From: Solirubrobacterales bacterium
Lineage (GTDB): Bacteria; Actinomycetota; Thermoleophilia; Solirubrobacterales; 70-9
Assembly: GCA_035500835.1 (NCBI GenBank)
Contig: DATJWW010000034.1
Location: 56,984-120,983, forward strand
Direction: 5' to 3'
Length of the DNA: 64,000 bases
In this document: piece after piece, positions 61,760 to 64,000 of the stretch
How positions within the stretch are numbered: position 1 is the first letter of the stretch
How the letters are laid out: each line of letters opens with the position of its first letter
Program-made: the position numbers and the translations under genes
The notes under the pieces: generated by a model
What the model saw: only the letters and a program-made list of their open reading frames with translations
Databases searched by the model: none
Told to the model about the DNA's origin: nothing

Positions 61760-62808
61760 GATGCCTCCTCGAGGGCGTCGAGCACCATCCGCCGCATGTT
61801 CGGCAGCGTGTAGCTCCAGCGGACCAGGGTCAGGTCGTCGGTCTCGCCGCGCAGGTAGTTGGCTTCGCCGCTCATCCAGAGGCCGGTGTTGAAGAGCAGT
61901 TTCTGGATTTCCCAGAACCGCAGGCTCTCCTCGCTCGGCACCCAGCCGGCGTGGCGCTCGTACAGCTCCAGCACGCGCTCGCGCTCCATCATGTAGCAGG
62001 CGAGGTCGGAGCCCATCCGGTTCGTCCGGCCGAGCAGCCAGGCGAGGTCGGAGGCCGGGTCGCCGATCCGCGCGAACTCCCAGTCGAGCACCGCGTTGAT
62101 GCGGTCCTCGCCGAAGATGACGTTGCCGCTGCGGTAGTCGCCGTGGATCACCGTGGTCCGCTGCTGGGCGGGCTTGTTGTGTTCGAGCCAGTTCAGCGCG
62201 TCGACCAGGACCGGCTCCGGTTCGACCTGGTAGCGCTCGACCACGTCCCGCATCGCCGCCACCCGGCGGGTGCCGTCGTCGTCGGGCGAGCCTGCTTCTT
62301 CGTCGGCGAGGAAGGCGAGCTGGCCACCGCGCCATTCGATCGCGTGGATCCGCGCCAGGATCTCGATGAATTCCTCGCCGAGCGGGCCGGCGCCCGCCTC
62401 CGCGAGGTAGCGGCGCCCCTCCGGCGACCAGGGGACGACCACCCGGCCGGGGACCCGGCGCATCACGAAGAACGGCCCGCCGGCGACCTCGCCGTCGGCT
62501 TCGTACCAGAGCACCTCGGGGACGGCGATCTCGGGCGGGACGGCGGCGAGGATGCGGAAGTGCCGTTCGGGATCGGTCTCCTCGCGCAGCGCGCCGCCGG
62601 TGCGGTAGCGACGGACGACCAGTTCGTGCCGGGTGCCGTCGACCTCGACGTCGACCATCCAGGTGTCGTCCGACATCCCCTCGCTGGCGATCGTCGCGGC
62701 GACGATCTCGGCACCGGCCCCGAGCCGTTCGCGAAAGTGCCCGGCGAGCGACTCGATCGGGATCTCGCGATCGAGCCGCGCGGGCTCCGTGCGGGTGTCG
62801 CTAGCCAT
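61756..62808 (-). CDS. Phosphotransferase (APH/choline-kinase-like) family protein
   Basis: 350 aa. IHGDYRSGNVIF and the DWEFARIGDP Brenner/DxD-like motifs are typical of APH-fold kinases found in lipid catabolic clusters. Confidence 0.8.
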   Translation of the reverse strand: MASDTRTEPARLDREIPIESLAGHFRERLGAGAEIVAATIASEGMSDDTWMVDVEVDGTRHELVVRRYRTGGALREETDPERHFRILAAVPPEIAVPEVLWYEADGEVAGGPFFVMRRVPGRVVVPWSPEGRRYLAEAGAGPLGEEFIEILARIHAIEWRGGQLAFLADEEAGSPDDDGTRRVAAMRDVVERYQVEPEPVLVDALNWLEHNKPAQQRTTVIHGDYRSGNVIFGEDRINAVLDWEFARIGDPASDLAWLLGRTNRMGSDLACYMMERERVLELYERHAGWVPSEESLRFWEIQKLLFNTGLWMSGEANYLRGETDDLTLVRWSYTLPNMRRMVLDALEEAS

Positions 62809-63991
62809 GCGGCGCGTGCGCCCCCATCTTGATCGAGGTGTCGCGCTCCCGGGTCACGGTCACCCCGTCGGCCTCGAGCGCGTCGATCTCCGCCCCGTCG
62901 AAACCCCAGTCGGAGAGGACCTCGCGGCTGTGCTCGCCGGGGACGCAGGGGGGCGCCGAGATCTCCGAGGGTGTGCGGCTGAGGCGCGGCGCCGGGGCCG
63001 GGTGGATCTGCCCGAAAGCCTCGACGTAGGTGCCGCGCGCCTTCAGGTGGGGATGCTCCGGCGCTTCGGCGAAGTCGAGGACCGGCGCGAAGCAGATGTC
63101 GGTCCCTTCCAGCTCGGCCGTCCACTGGTCGCGGGTCTTGGTCTTGAAGATCTCCGCGATCCGCTCCGAGAGCTCCGGCCAGCGCGACGGCTCTTCGTTC
63201 GGCCACTCCTCCGGGTCGAGCCCGAGCCGGGTCAGCAGCTCCTCGTAGAACTTCGGCTCGATCGAACCGATCGTGATGAATTTGCCGTCGGCGGTCTCGT
63301 AGGAGTCGTAGAAATGAGCACCGCCGTCGACGATGTTGCTCTCGCGCTGAAGTTTCCAGGCGCCCATGTGGGTCATCCCGATGATGCTGGCGCAGAGCTG
63401 GGCGGTGCCGTCGATCATCGCCGCGTCTATCACCTGGCCCTGGCCGGAGCGCTGCCGCTCGAGCAGCGCCGCGAGGATGCCGAAGCCGAGCAGCATGCCG
63501 CCGCCGCCGAAATCGCCGATCAGGTTGAGGGCCGGGGCGGGTGGGCTGGAGCGCCTGCCCATCGCCGCGATCGGCCCGACCAGCGCCGCGTAGTTGAGGT
63601 CGTGGCCCGCCACATTGGCCAGCGGGCCGTCCTGGCCCCAGCCGGTCATCCGCCCGTAGACGAGACGCGGGTTGCGCTCCATGCAGACCTCGGGGCCGAC
63701 CCCGAGGCGCTCGGCGACGCCGGGCCGGTAGGGGTCGATCAGCGCGTCGGCGGCGTCGATCAGGCGCAGCAGCGTCTCGCGGCCGGCGTCGGATTTGAGG
63801 TCGAGGATCAGCGAGCGCCGGCTGCGCTGCAGGAGGTCCAGCTCGGCCACCTGGTGTTCCTGCTCGAGGCCGGTCGGGCGGCGGTCGATGCGGACCACGT
63901 CGGCCCCCATGTCGGCCATCATCATCGCGGTGAACGGGCCGGGGCCGATGCCGCCCAGCTCGACGACCTTGATTCCATCTAGAGCTCCCAT
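62801..63991 (-). CDS. Family III CoA-transferase (CaiB/BaiF, alpha-methylacyl-CoA racemase-like)
   Basis: 396 aa. The N-terminus reads MGALDGIKVVELGGIGPGPFTAMMMADMGADVVRIDR. Confidence 0.88.
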   Translation of the reverse strand: MGALDGIKVVELGGIGPGPFTAMMMADMGADVVRIDRRPTGLEQEHQVAELDLLQRSRRSLILDLKSDAGRETLLRLIDAADALIDPYRPGVAERLGVGPEVCMERNPRLVYGRMTGWGQDGPLANVAGHDLNYAALVGPIAAMGRRSSPPAPALNLIGDFGGGGMLLGFGILAALLERQRSGQGQVIDAAMIDGTAQLCASIIGMTHMGAWKLQRESNIVDGGAHFYDSYETADGKFITIGSIEPKFYEELLTRLGLDPEEWPNEEPSRWPELSERIAEIFKTKTRDQWTAELEGTDICFAPVLDFAEAPEHPHLKARGTYVEAFGQIHPAPAPRLSRTPSEISAPPCVPGEHSREVLSDWGFDGAEIDALEADGVTVTRERDTSIKMGAHAPHG

Positions 63992-64000
63992 GGACTGCCT

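Overview
Very GC-rich, Actinobacteria-like chromosomal segment; third codon positions are almost always G/C, so most long ORFs in the track are shadow frames. All calls come from reading the ORF translations and the DNA by eye; no searches were run, and identities and boundaries are estimates.

Layout:
- 1-29 kb, housekeeping and phosphate genes: M50 and M28 peptidases; an anchor-less type-E-like succinate dehydrogenase (sdhA, extended sdhB, CCG subunit); DUF47-pit; asd-lysC; PadR-MMPL; TauE; three zinc-ribbon proteins, one fused to an extracytoplasmic phosphoesterase; pstS divergent from pstCAB; MerR-like and degenerate GGDEF proteins; recR-ybaB-dnaX; acetolactate decarboxylase; SRP RNA.
- 29-33 kb: cation/proton antiporter, one IS481-family element, a lower-GC secreted protein, tRNA-Val(CAC).
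- 33.7-64 kb: a dense catabolic block of thiolase/DUF35, hydratases, acyl-CoA dehydrogenases, SDRs, three LLM oxidoreductases, three adenylate-forming enzymes, an orphan fused E1 alpha-beta, a HyuA/HyuB pair with a fused acetone-carboxylase-gamma-like domain, a MaoC pair, APH-like kinase and family III CoA-transferase, with four TetR genes.

Most interesting observations:
1. Two inverted copies of a ~120-nt stem-closed element with compensatory stem changes fill the convergent gap at 17.36-17.73 kb.
2. An 18-bp palindrome GTACCGA-N4-TCGGTAC recurs at seven promoter-proximal sites next to duplicated TetR genes.
3. A ketone-carboxylase-like hyuA/hyuB-gamma operon is translationally coupled to a CoA ligase and an LLM oxidoreductase.
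4. Phased TGTNAC repeats sit in the divergent pstS/pstC promoter, with a related repeat in front of pit.
5. A repeated intergenic module occurs twice, one copy hit by the IS.

No CRISPR array, rRNA, prophage or recognisable defence system was seen.
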